This document shows positions 23,801-35,685 of a DNA stretch of 64,000 nt, one piece after another. The stretch comes from Perkinsus chesapeaki ATCC PRA-425 (lineage: Eukaryota > Protista > Perkinsozoa), in NCBI GenBank assembly GCA_013115145.1, contig JAAPAO010000079.1, forward strand, positions 1 through 64,000. Direction: 5' to 3'. Below the pieces are notes generated by a model. That model saw only the letters and a list, made by a program, of their open reading frames with translations, was not told the DNA's origin and did not search any database. Position numbers and translations under genes: made by a program. Position 1 is the first letter of the stretch. Each line of letters starts with the position of its first letter.

Positions 23801-26800
23801 GACATGAAGATTCGATTCTTACATACTAGTGCATGTTGCTATTATAAGGAGTAGCTTCCTCAGTGTTAACAAATATACAATAGATACATGTTGATAAAGC
23901 AGACAGGCCACGATGTAGGAAATATAATAAAAATTTCCGCCGCCGAGGATCGAACCCGAGACTTACAATGCTCGACTAACAGTGAATTCCACATCGATAC
24001 TGACGGTATTCGATTCCGGTATGTACGATATCGCCGTAACAACCGTATAGAGAGCTGCGGCAGGAATAACCAACCAAACTAGACGACAAAGCCTTATGGA
24101 AGAGTAAAAAGCCAGGTACCTAACAATTGGGAATAGTAAAGGAACATGCTTAGGAATGCATTTCATGTTTCTTCCGATCTAGGACATATCTTGAGAATAT
24201 GTTCCTCCCTTCGGAAGAAACCTTTTATTGCATTCCTGGACTAGCAGGACATTGCCAAAAATTTTCCAGAATTTCCCGAAGTCCATCCGCCACATCGCAG
24301 AGAAGGTTTAGTCGCAAAACGCAAACAACCTCATGAAGTTTATCGGTCACTGATAGACGTGTCTGATGCCGTCAATCGCTGATGAGTCTTCGTGGTGAAG
24401 ACGAAACACGTAATAGTGTGTGGCTACCACAGTGTGGTACACGTATGACCATGCCAAATATCGGATGAATCTATCCTGTGACTATACTGCAGTCCCTGGC
24501 GCATAGTGTTGACCAAAGCATCTGTTAACGCTCCGCTTCGGTAAGCGTCTAACAAGCTGGTGTGAACCACACCAGCTTGGCCCGCTGCGGTACTCCGCAA
24601 AGGCTGTAATTACTCCCAGTCTGCAAAGAAAACCAGCACTTTACGTCTGATGGCAAATTCTTTCTCCCATTGTCGAAGGACAATGTCCTTAGGATATGCA
24701 CACCATTCAACTGCGATATCATGCTGGCTTAATCCAATAAAAACACATCAGTCTGAGGCCATATAGGAGACGGATGTGGTACAGCAAGATGCTCTTGCCC
24801 ATCCCCGGTCCGGGGAAACCCAGCCGGGCATAAGGATACACCGCTGATCTTGGTACTTCAAGGAGGCAAAACAGGTGACAGGCTCGTGATTGGCGCCCGG
24901 GTCCTGCCATACACAGCCTGGAGCTTCTTCAACTCGCTTATTCTATGGGTGGATCGATTGAACAGCACGTAAGCTTACCTCAAGCCATGCTCTCCCATCC
25001 CACAGAGGTTGCTTCTTTTCCGCGCATCCCTGCTAAGTGTCGAGCCTATGGCTCGAGCACTGGGACTAGTAAGCGCCCTCGCCGAACTTGTCAGCAAGGT
25101 CTTCGGCAAACCACTCCATGGTGTGCAGCCATCGGATGCTTAGATCATCAGATGCTCAGACCATAGCCACATATCGGCTTTCACCAATCCTGGTTCGCTT
25201 TATGAAGTCATCTGGGCGTAACCCTGCGCTTGCAGAGTGCAGAGTCACGATGGCACTTGTCATAGCTATGCTAATCGAAGACGTGCCTTCTGCCCGCTCC
25301 CATGCACAACTGAATTTCGCAGTGCAGAGTGCACGTGTGCCCAATGGTCAACGGAAAAATAAGTGAAATGGAGCCAAGGTCATTCGGACGAAACTCCAGC
25401 TCATAACAATTTATGAAATCTACAAAAATCTCCATAGGAACTGCCCTGTTCACCACGCGCCCTCACAACAGAGCCGGGAGTTGAAGTGATACTGTTGACG
25501 CGTGGGTTGCCCGCAATGGTAGACGGTGGCCGTGATAAAAACAACTCTGCCTTGTCGATAACAGTCGACGTGCTGAGTTCAGAGATAGCAGTGCAAGCCG
25601 ATAACAAAGGAACCATTGAATCTCCCGAAGGGCCAGTGAATCTCCTGAGCTTGCGGTAAACCGATCCGATCTTTCCCAGTCTTTCCGCACCGTGGCCATA
25701 TGCTATAGACTTACTCTACAGCCTATAGTGATACGCGGTGTTAAAGACTTCTCTAGAGAGATGGAAAGTGCCGATTCCTTAAGCCAAGAATCTCACGAGT
25801 TGCAAACTTGTACCACTTTAATTCAAGAAAGAGCCTTTTGAAAGACAGGACTATTGCGACAGGGAGGGCGACACTGGCCCACGCCAATAGCACATGTCGC
25901 ACTTCAAAATTCTCACAAATTATCCCGTATTTTTCCCGTGCCTCCCCCTTACGTAATTAGCCCAGTTTGAAGCACAGCAAAGTCCGCTCCTCTCCACTGG
26001 GACACTTCAGTGCCGTAGGCATCTTCAATACTCACATCTGAAGAATAAGGAAGAATGTAAAAAACCCATCGAGCAAGACGACTCCGCATTAAAACTAATA
26101 ATACACAGCAATAATGCCACGCAATATCAATCGGAAACATATACGAAGTAGTTTGTACCTCTTTCATTAAATTAATTTTCTGAGTGGTTCTCGGGAAATT
26201 TACACTTATCCAATTTCCCATTTTTTTCCGGCTTTTCCAGGAAAATCCTGGGAAAAACGGGAAATTTTTTCCTCCCCAATAGCATTACTGCATAATCGAG
26301 ATGCCCGATAAAGGTCTCCTGCAAATATTTCCAATAAAACAACAATCCCAGTCCAAATTAAAACACCAACTTCTGCCCGACCTCGCAGTACCCACGGGAA
26401 AAACCGCAAGGCTATACATAAGATACCTGAACCAGGAATCGAACCCGCGATCATATAAATAGAGGTCCTCGATTAGAGGAATCTTCGCTAGCTGAGAAAA
26501 TATCTTAGCTTCTGCTAGTATTTAGCATTTTACCTGTCATAGTTGTCATACACCTTACAACGAATTTTCTGTGAAAAAATGTCCTCCTTTCGATATTTTT
26601 TCCACGTAATTTCCTAAACTCTCCGTCATTGAAAATCCCAAATTTCGTAGAATTCCACAGTAAGAAGTTTTCCCTGAAAGATTTCCTCCACTTAGTCCCA
26701 TAATATTACCCATTGCGATTGTGATCAGCCACGCTATGTTATAAAAGATATTTGCACTCGTTGCCCATCGAGCGATCAATGGAGTAGACGTAAAACTCCA

Positions 26801-28240
26801 TCCTAGACAAAGCTTCCACACAGCAAATCTAAAAAAAAAGGAATCTTAGCTTGAACCATGCACGATATAATAGAGGTCAACTACATGATAACTCCCACAC
26901 CCATTAAAGTGAAGTTCTTCTGCGTCTTCCCGTCCACACCACTCACATAGACTCGCTCGACGGCCGGAACCGAGAATCGTGGGAACAGCAAACAGAAACC
27001 TCTGAGAAGAGAAATACTCCCAAAAATTACCCCATAATAATTTTCCACTTGCTGAAGCTTGTGTTCTCTGGAAAGTGAGAAGGTCAAATTCCTGCTTTTA
27101 TACGTTTGAAGTTCCCCGAAATTCTGGTAAAAATTTCGTTTTTTTCGTCCCGTATTATTACCGTTTGATAAAAACTGCATCCCATTTTGCCAGTTTTTCC
27201 TTTTTATACTGGATTTGATCGATCGGTCCCAAAACCGCCTCAAAATCAGTCCCGGGATCTTCACTAGACCAGCAGCTACTATCATCATCAAACGACTCCG
27301 CATAACCCTCATCTCCTTCATCTCCGTCACGCGCCGCATAATTAGCCTCTTCCTCGCTCACTGGAGCCGGGCCGCTATCGCTCCCATCGCTAACTGAACC
27401 GACTCCCACGTAATACTCATCCCCATAATAACCCTCATAAAATCTATCGTAATGATGAGTCGGCGCTGACAACGCTCGGGGAGCCGGTGGCATCTGCACG
27501 AATATGAAATATAAAAAATCAAAACTATATTTTCCAAATTTTGGCAAGGAAATAAATAATCATAATTTCTAGTAGACATGCGATACAAAGGGGACCGATA
27601 TTTCTACTTTGGGAGTCGATCAAGCCACTTATCATGAAAAACAAAGAAGACCATTTTTCTTGAAGAAGCACGAACGTAAGGACAAATCTCCGCATAAAAG
27701 GCGGATCGTATTCTACTTGGTTTTTGAGACAGTTAGGAAAACACGAAAACCAAAGGAAACAAGAGCAAATTTCACGCAGAAATTTTCGCCGAATTTTCTC
27801 GTATGGTTCCCTTTGGGAAAGGACCGGAAATACGAACATGAAAATTTTAGACGATTAACTTTTCCACATTATCGCCCATTCATTACATCTCCTTTGCTCG
27901 CCTCCCGAGTAGGTCGAGAATCATTATGAATTTTTTCATCGCTCCCTTCTTTAACACGTCTCCGACGCCACATGGAGGAAAGATTTATGTCGTGGTTTGA
28001 TGCTCCTAATTAAGACATATTTTGTCTATAGTATCTTGGGCAACTAAAGTATTGAAGGATGACACTCCCAAACAATGAGAAGCCCGCACTGAAAATGATA
28101 TTTTTACGCCGAAAAAATAGTTTTGTATGTTACGTTCAGCGTTGCGCCGATCAAACCAAAATATGACACACGACGTGGTCATCACTAATGCAGTTTTTTT
28201 GACCAGATTAAACCCGAATGATACTAAATACAACAGCAAT
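20870..28240 (-). CDS. Multi-exon, multi-transmembrane region, probably the N-terminal part of the PDE gene (may be more than one gene)
   Basis: Hydrophobic exons (RLVWLVIPAAALYTVVTAISY; IAWHYCCVLLVLM; NIAWLITIAMGNIMGL; PLCIACLLEIMIIYFL) on the same strand; alveolate PDEs commonly carry N-terminal TM helices. Confidence 0.5.
23753..23775 (-). pseudogene. B-box element, tRNA-Gly-like 3' end
   Basis: GTTCGATCCccggtggacgcA-tctt; 21-nt spacing. Confidence 0.75.
23935..23966 (-). pseudogene. B-box element at a donor
   Basis: CATT|gtaagtctcggGTTCGATCCtcggcggcggaA-aTTTTT; 21-nt spacing. Confidence 0.8.
24357..24411 (+). ncRNA. Type III hammerhead ribozyme
   Basis: ACGT-GTC-TGAT-gccgtca-ATCG-CTGATGA-GTCTTC-gtggt-GAAGAC-GAAA-CACGT: full core, GUC cleavage triplet, stems I/II/III all pair. 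Confidence 0.88.
26424..26452 (-). pseudogene. B-box element in an intron
   Basis: gatcgcggGTTCGATTCCtggttcaggtA-tctt; 21-nt spacing. Confidence 0.75.
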
Positions 28241-28888
28241 GCGACAGGTTGATCAAAGCTGTCTAATTCCTCAGAAGCTCACCAAGTCGCGTTCAGAACT
28301 CCAATGTGCGGAAAGAGATTAAAAAAGAACGTCTCCCCCCAAAGTATGCAATGTACATAATAATAAATGATGGTCGATATGTATTATGTACATAATAATG
28401 TTATGCTATCTGTCACAGCAAGAGTAATTCTGCCAATTTTACATTACAGAAGTTCTACTAGTTCGTATTAAGAATCATTATAAAATCAATAACATTTCTA
28501 AGTATGACGGGATATATTTAAGTTCATTATTAAGTTTTCATTAGGCAAATTCAAGTTGATTATATTTAAGTCTTTTCGCATTCATAATTCGTTTATTTTA
28601 TAATGCGTTGTATGTCGCAAATGCGCTGCGATGTATCCTTTCTCACTTGCGATGTTTGATAGAAAACATATATGCGCTTTCTAAAATTGGTTCTAATCGC
28701 GTTAAAGGTTTCTTAGTCAAAATAAGCTTGTCCGAATTGAAAAACAGACAAGAGTTTATTAACAATAAGTCCCGCTCTTAATTTCGTTTACTACTTCTGC
28801 CTGCATCCTCTTCAACACTTCTCGATCGCCCATCCAACGTAATTGTCATATAAATAGCTGAACAAAGCAAAACACTTGACGTCTATAC

Positions 28889-28920
28889 GGATGACCCAGG
28901 TTCGAATATACCATAGCATA
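28889..28920 (+). pseudogene. Intergenic B-box element
   Basis: gatgacccagGTTCGAATataccatagcatA-TTTTT; a second cccaggttcg at ~28971. Confidence 0.6.
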
Positions 28921-29412
28921 TTTTATAAAAATAATTCGAAAATATTTGTATTTTATTATCATAATAATTTCCCAGGTTCGTTATATATTCAAGCTATCAA
29001 ACACATTGGATGCTCTTCTTCGAAAGCGGCTACTTGAAGTAGGAAAATTTTTGAAGTCAGAATCATCCTGAAACCTTATCACGGGAAGATCTTAATAATT
29101 CTTTATTGATATTGAATAATAATATTTTCTATTCAGACTGTTCACCATAAAGTTTTTATGTATTTTTCATGTAGCAGTACGTAGAGATGCAACGGAGACA
29201 TTTAGGATGACGCGCAGAGTAGATCTAGGAAATTGCAAGATCTTGTAAGATTTCAAGATTTCTGAAACCGTTTCACTCGCGCAGTCTCCTATTTTGTGGC
29301 GAGGTGACACGCTGATCGACCCCAGGCGGACCATGCAAGATTCCCGCGAGGTCGATAGGCGTGCCATGTTCTTATAATCGATCAACCTTCTTCTAGCTAT
29401 TAGTCCGTTCTA

Positions 29413-30791
29413 ATGTACTGGACCGAAGTTGCCTCATCGTCCGACCCTCCGCTGCCTCCTCCAGCTCCCTCAACGACTTGGGCCCCGCCGCGGCCCTCCT
29501 ATCGAATGCCGAGCTATACAACGACCCCAGCCGTTTATTCTCCAACTCGCTCATCAGAGTCGGATGGCTCTGGAGTTTGGATTCGCGATGACTCCATGTG
29601 TTGTGCGTCCAGCTATTACGCCGGCCCTGCTATTTATGATTCGGTGGCCCATACGCCGAGTTACGGTTACGAGTACCCGCTTGAGGAGGATTGCTATTCC
29701 GACTATGGGATTGGCGTGTGCCGATTCTATCAAAGTGGCCTGTGTAAGTTTGGAGAAGCCTGCCGGAACTTGCATATTCACGAAGGAGAGTCGTGTCGAG
29801 CTGATCCACAATGGGAGGAGAAGGATAGGAGGCACAAGGTAGTAGTTAGTGGGTTATAATGAAGTTCTCTGTATGGCATAGTGGCTTGAAATGGAAGGCT
29901 TGATTGAATTTAAGACCATTGCCATTGTTAATTAAATATTTTTATCCTTATATGAACTATGAGTAAAAGAATGCCAAGTAGGAGTAGAAATTACACCTAA
30001 AAATGAAGAGACGATATGGAAGATATATTGACATTATATGCAAGCATGAGTAATAGTAGCGATTAAGGTAGAAGCGACATAAGTATCTCTGCTATGGCTT
30101 ATTAAGTGGAATACAGCCTGTGGGAATCTCCAGCGAGTAGTGAATAGTAGATAATAGTAATTATTTGTGATATACTAGTACTTTAGATTACTACATTAAT
30201 TATATTTACAGTAGATAATTATGCAACGAATGACACGCTATGAGCGAAGCTCGATGATGCATGGTGACTCTTTTCAGTTGTAAAAAATTAATGTGTAAAA
30301 TTCTGTTTAATTGTATTTTATGAAGCTGCTTTTACTTGCAGTTTACATCTTTTCAGGCCCGTCTGGCCACCAGGAACGTTCTCTGTGCAATATGCGATGA
30401 TGATGTTATTGCCAGCGGCAAGAGATTCGGTCTTTTGGAGAACTGCGACCATCCGTTTTGCCTCGAATGTATTAGGGAATGGCGTGATCAGAAGGACACG
30501 CAGGATCGGGAGAACTTGAGGCTCTGTCCGCTGTGTCGAGTGGAAAGCTTTTTGATCGTGCCGTGTGATCGATGGTTGGTTCACGGTATAGAGAAGCAAA
30601 GTGAGGTTGAAGGTTATAAAAGGGCATTGTCGAAGATTCCATGTAAATTCTATCAAATGAAGGAAGAGTGTCCGTTCGGATCGGCATGCTATTATAACCA
30701 TGGATGGTCGGTGGAGGAGGAGGAGCAGCAACGAGGTCGAATGATGCAAGGCGCTGATGGTGAGGAAAATATACGTCGGGGAAAATTATAA
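29413..30791 (+). CDS. MKRN: Makorin-like CCCH zinc-finger / RING E3 ligase (2 exons)
   Basis: CRFYQSGLCKFGEACRNLH; CAIC...RFGLLENCDHPFCLECIREWR...CPLCRVES; CKFYQMKEECPFGSACYYNH. Confidence 0.93.
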
Positions 30792-31889
30792 TAATTTAGT
30801 TTATACTGGGAAAATAAAAATGCTCGTAAAAGTTTAGGGTACAATTAGTTTGGATAAGTAATCATTCGTGTGATAGATAATATACTAATTGAAATAGTAT
30901 ATCAGTGGTAATGAACTGTGCCGCCGTAGGAGCAACAAGGCACTGTAGTGAGCCAAGTTATGAGGCTGACTGGGAGAAGGTAGATAGTTGTTTAACATTA
31001 TAGTTGTATATTAAATGCAATAGCAATGGGTATCACCTATTTAGAAAGTAGTCCGAAAAATATGGTGTATATAGCGATAAAGCGATATGGTAATCTAGTG
31101 TATACCTAAAATACCCTTCAAATTTGGTATTGAAGTAAAGAACTGGCCAAATCGTATTATTACGATTCTGAAATACATACCCGGGGTTGGCGTGATATGG
31201 GCATGGCAGATAGAGTAGGCCTAATCGTCGAGACTCCAAGTTAGAGCTCAGCCTACTCCGATCCGACGGTCGAGAAATCGGCATCTCTATGTTGCTCTGG
31301 CATAGGTCTACAAATTAGGTTTCGTGTTTTACACTTTGTTTTTTCTTTTAGGCAAGGTAAAAACCGTCCGTAAGTCACGCCTTTGCGACTATCTTTTTCC
31401 GGGAAGTAATGGAGTGGGGCACGGCGGAGGTGGTGGCGGCGAATAGCAGTTGAATCGGAAGGCTCTCTGTAATAGGAATTTAGAGCATTCGGAGATTGGC
31501 AAAGTGCGGTTGTTTAGGTTTGATGGGAGTTGCAATCCTGTCAACAGAAAGTCTGCCTCAAGAGAAAAAAATTATAGATAAAAATGAGCTCAAAGATGAT
31601 AATTATGTGGCGCGTGACGGTTGTGGTTTATTTTGTTTGCTGGAAAGTATACCGTCGCTGCCATTTTGGTTGGTCATTGAATAACAGCTCGCATTACTTC
31701 CAGTTTGTTGCGTTCTGTGGGGAGACGGGTTTGTCCGTTTGGTTGACTTCAGGTTGAGCAATATATCAGATTATGGGAAATATGGTGTGGTTTTGTCATT
31801 TAAAATAATGCGACTCTCCGCTATGCTCTGCGGGAATGGTGCTATATCTCCTCTATTTTTTATAGACTTTTAATATTTATTTTTCTATT

Positions 31890-32062
31890 CATTTTTCCTT
31901 TATTTTCTCTTTATTTTCCCTTCGTTTTTCCTTTATTTTCCCTTTATTTTCCCTTCGTTTTTTCTTTATTTTCCCTTTATTTTCCCTTCGCTTTTCCTTT
32001 ATCTTCCCTTTTTCCCTTTGTTTTTCCTTTATTTTCCCTTCATTTTTCCATTATTTTTCCTT
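31890..32062. repeat. Pyrimidine-rich low-complexity tandem repeat
   Basis: Repeated ttttccctttattttcccttcg units. Confidence 0.8.
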
Positions 32063-32081
32063 TAGTTGACATCTGTTTGAA

Positions 32082-33359
32082 TTGATGTTTCCAACAACTA
32101 CTACTAACCGCACTCCAACTGATACCAACTTTCTACCAGACTTTTACGGAGCTCCCCCACATCCACAGGACTCAGATGACATCGATTTGTTGGATCCTAC
32201 TTTGCTTTATTTACTGCAAACTCGATTCAGCAACCAACAATCGAGCCTCGATGGCGGAGCTCCGGTTCTTTCACTGGATTCCCTTTTGCCGGATAGTGCG
32301 GGATCGCCGGATTCAATCCCTGCCGAGAGGAACCCCTTCGGAGTCGCGGGGAAGGATAATGTAAAAAGAGGGAAAATTCTCCGGGAAAATGCGGAATTTA
32401 ATGAGAAAGTTTTCTGTATTTTCGCAGAAAATTTTATCGAGCTCCCGAAATATGATAATGCTTTAATCTGAATGATATGATACAATATCGATGATAATCC
32501 CAAATATTATAATGGTCGTATAAATTTATTGCGCTTTAAATTTGTTCTAAATTCTATTTCGTCTACTTGATGCTATTCAATTCTTCATCGAATAAATAGT
32601 TTTCCGTATTTGAAAATAAAAATTGTAAATTTTTTCCTAATTTTTCCCATTTTCTGTACTGGTCCAATGCGGCATGTTTTTATAACTGAAGTCTTAAATT
32701 ATTGATTTTCGCGGAGTTTTTTCCCTCTCAGGATTCGGCCTTTTTTCCTGGCGATTTCAACGCACCTGTTGGTAGTAGTCCAGTGAGCAGTGCGGCTTCG
32801 ATTAAAGCCGTTGAGCAAACGGCTGGCAATAATAAAGAAAACCAGGAGTCTAAGAGAGTTGTACCGGAGAGGGTGTTGAGGAACACGTTGATGCTGCTGG
32901 CGAGGAATGGTTGCCGATTGCCTTTGAAGAAATTTGAGGAGATATATGCTAAAGAGTGAGTGGGAAGACTTAGGGAATTTCCGGTGAAATTTCGAGATTT
33001 TCCCGGTTTTGTGAGAAACTTAATTCCGAGAGTTTTTTCCTAATTTCGTTTATTTGAATTTACATTTCCGGAAATGCTCTCCCTGTTTATCACCACTGTA
33101 TGTGTTTTCTCGAACAAAACGGTTTCGTGTTTCGGCCGATTTCTGCCCGTGTTCGGATATTTATATAAGACTTGTCCCGTCGTCGTTCAGGTTCGGTTCA
33201 ACCTTTGATTCAAAGGCCTATGGTTTCGGTTGTTTGCGTTTGGCCCTTCTCTCTCTACCCGGCGTGACTCTGACAACTGATACGGTGTGGCTTTGGTCGT
33301 GTAGGACTTGCGGTGTGATGGCCAGTCCCGAGACAGGAAGATGCAAATGTAAGGAATAG
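32082..33359 (+). CDS. LOTUS/OST-HTH domain protein (about 3 exons)
   Basis: LLARNGCRLPLKKFEEIYAKE|FGSTFDSKAYGFGCLRLALLSLPGV fits the LOTUS pattern (Y...G..LD...YGF..L..LL..LP). Confidence 0.7.
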
Positions 33360-34379
33360 CGGACTTTTGTTACTAGCAGACAGTTATTGTGACGAAATTG
33401 GCTATTAGTAATTGTTAGGGAGCATGTGGTATATTGTTCGTCTGTATAATAGTTGTATCCATTATTAGTATCAAAATAATTTACTTGGCCTGGAAATGTA
33501 GCTGCAGTAATCGTTCGAATCTCTCTGTGCTATATGGTATCAAGTAGTATGCAAGGCTACAAATTTTAGTTTTGGATGAATGGGAGCTGTATTATTTTTT
33601 CATCTGTTTGTATTGTATAAAAATAATATATTGTGTTCGACTAAAAATCTATTTCTATGTACTTAATATATATAGAAAAGTAAATATGCATTGTAGTAGA
33701 AACTATGTACACATTTATGTCTGCAAATGTATGTAGACAAAAAGTATATATATTTATGTAGGAAAATATATATGATTTTTACGGTGATAATTAAACTAAG
33801 TTACAGTTTAGCTTTTTCCACTTCTCTTCTATCAGATTTGCCGCCAAGTTCGGCATTCAAACTTTTCTTCTACTAGGCACTACCGCTCCCTTAACAACTA
33901 GCAACAATTCTCGTAACAACAATTCGATAACAAGTAGCAGCAAACACCAGAAATCATATAATGGTGATGATGGCTGCTCGAGTGTAGCATCGCACGGTGC
34001 TGGCGGAGTAAGCAGAAGGAGCAGCACGGGGAGTGGTGGGAGACATTAAATCGATCAGGCGATCGATTAAAGATTCTTACCGTTTATGCGTTAGTATACT
34101 TTAGGGTAAAGCTTGAATTTGTATTTGGTACTTGTTGCTGTTGCTGTTCTTCTCTTCGTATGTGGGCAGCTTATTAGCCTTATTCTTGACTAAATATTTC
34201 CCAGTGTATTTTTCGGGTGTCGTCAAAAGGCTAATTGTGGCTGTTGTAAAATATTACTATTGACATTTCGGTTGCTACAGCAGAGTCGGGCAGGAGATCA
34301 TCCTTGACTGTCCGTATTTGAGCCCGATAAATAATAGTATTCCTAATCGATCAAGTGATCGATTTGGACCCCACTACAG

Positions 34380-35650
34380 TACCTGCAACGATGACGTCAT
34401 CTGGTCTGGTGGTTGAGCTTGGATCTTACCTAAAAGTAACTTTCGCTGATGGTATCTCTCGCGATGAATAATTTCTGCAAATTGTCATCTGAACAGTTTT
34501 GCCCATTAATTATTGATTTGAGTTTGTCAACCAAGTCCACGTTCGGAGTGGGGAGAGCTAAAGTAGAATAAATGCTTACAAGGCACTCATTGTGTTCATG
34601 AATACAAGTGTAAATAATGAACCTAACATGAAGTGTCAAAAAGGTGTTACGTACTGTATATTAAGGTGGACGGAAGCAGTAATTAAAGCGTAACTCTTGT
34701 GGACAGCGTGTCCGAGTGGTTAAGGAGGTGGACTAGAAATCCACTGGGCTCTGCCCGCGCAGGTTCGAATCCTGCCGCTGTCGTTTGCACATTTACATAA
34801 CTATCATTGTGAATTCGGCAATTTTGATTCTCATGATTCTGTCAGTCGATCCGATTGTGTCTGGCGGGGAAGGGCGGCATATTTTTCCCAATGATGAATG
34901 CCTGTCGCTCGGACTCTTTGTTTAAACAGTATCAGTTTATTACGACTGCTTTGTTTGTAACCGTTTTAGCGGAAATTGACTTTTGGCATTCTCATTCCCA
35001 ATTCTCGTCGATCTGCACGGCTTCCTCCACGATATGTTTCATTTGTACCGCAAGAAGAAAGCGGACGATGGTCAAGACGAAACCGTGAGCAATTTCACTG
35101 CAGTGGCAGTCGATGAGTTTTTCCACTTCAGCCTCAAGCTGTGAGAAATGTGCCTGCGAATCGGCCAGCCAGAGGTAAGAGAGTTCGAAAAATTGGGCCG
35201 ACTGTATAAGATATTTATTTTCATTCAATTTTTCTGTAATCCATAGGTGGTAAACTCGCGAAGGTTCGAATCCCCGCGGCCGCATTTAATGGGAATAATG
35301 CTGGCAGACGGAGTAGGTTGAGATGAGGATGAAGGTTCGTCATGGTTCCTCCTTCAGAGCGATCCGAAACCGCGGCGTCTCCATTCCATAAAGTGCCGAG
35401 AACGGATATGACCAATGGCTTCGCAAAGAAGGGTGAGCGAGCTATGACGCGAGTTCGATTCCTGGTGGGGGCATGTATATCGAGACAAGATGGGAAATGG
35501 AGATCATGATTGAAATTCCGAATGAATTAACGACTGTTATAGATCTCTGCCTTGCTACACGACTCGATACCCAAAATACAGACCATCGAGATGAGAAATG
35601 CTCCGCTTGATTGCTCGCTATCGGTAGAGCGGCTCACACAGTGGTTGTTG
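34380..35650 (-). CDS. Unassigned multi-exon gene
   Basis: Protein-like exons (QSAQFFELSYLWLADSQAHFSQLEAEVEKLIDC...) with GT/AG boundaries; no family recognised. Confidence 0.35.
34702..34783 (+). tRNA. tRNA-Ser(AGA), intact
   Basis: GACAGCGTGTCCGAGTGGTTAAGGAGGTGGACTAGAAATCCACTGGGCTCTGCCCGCGCAGGTTCGAATCCTGCCGCTGTCG; long variable arm; all stems pair. Confidence 0.97.
35255..35284 (+). pseudogene. B-box element, antisense intronic
   Basis: tcgcgaagGTTCGAATCCccgcggccgcA-TTT; 21-nt spacing. Confidence 0.75.
35440..35473 (+). pseudogene. B-box element (Thr-like 3' end), antisense intronic
   Basis: gacgcgaGTTCGATTCCtggtgggggcA; 21-nt spacing. Confidence 0.75.
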
Positions 35651-35685
35651 AGGTAAAAAACATTTTTATTGTGCCCACTGTACAT

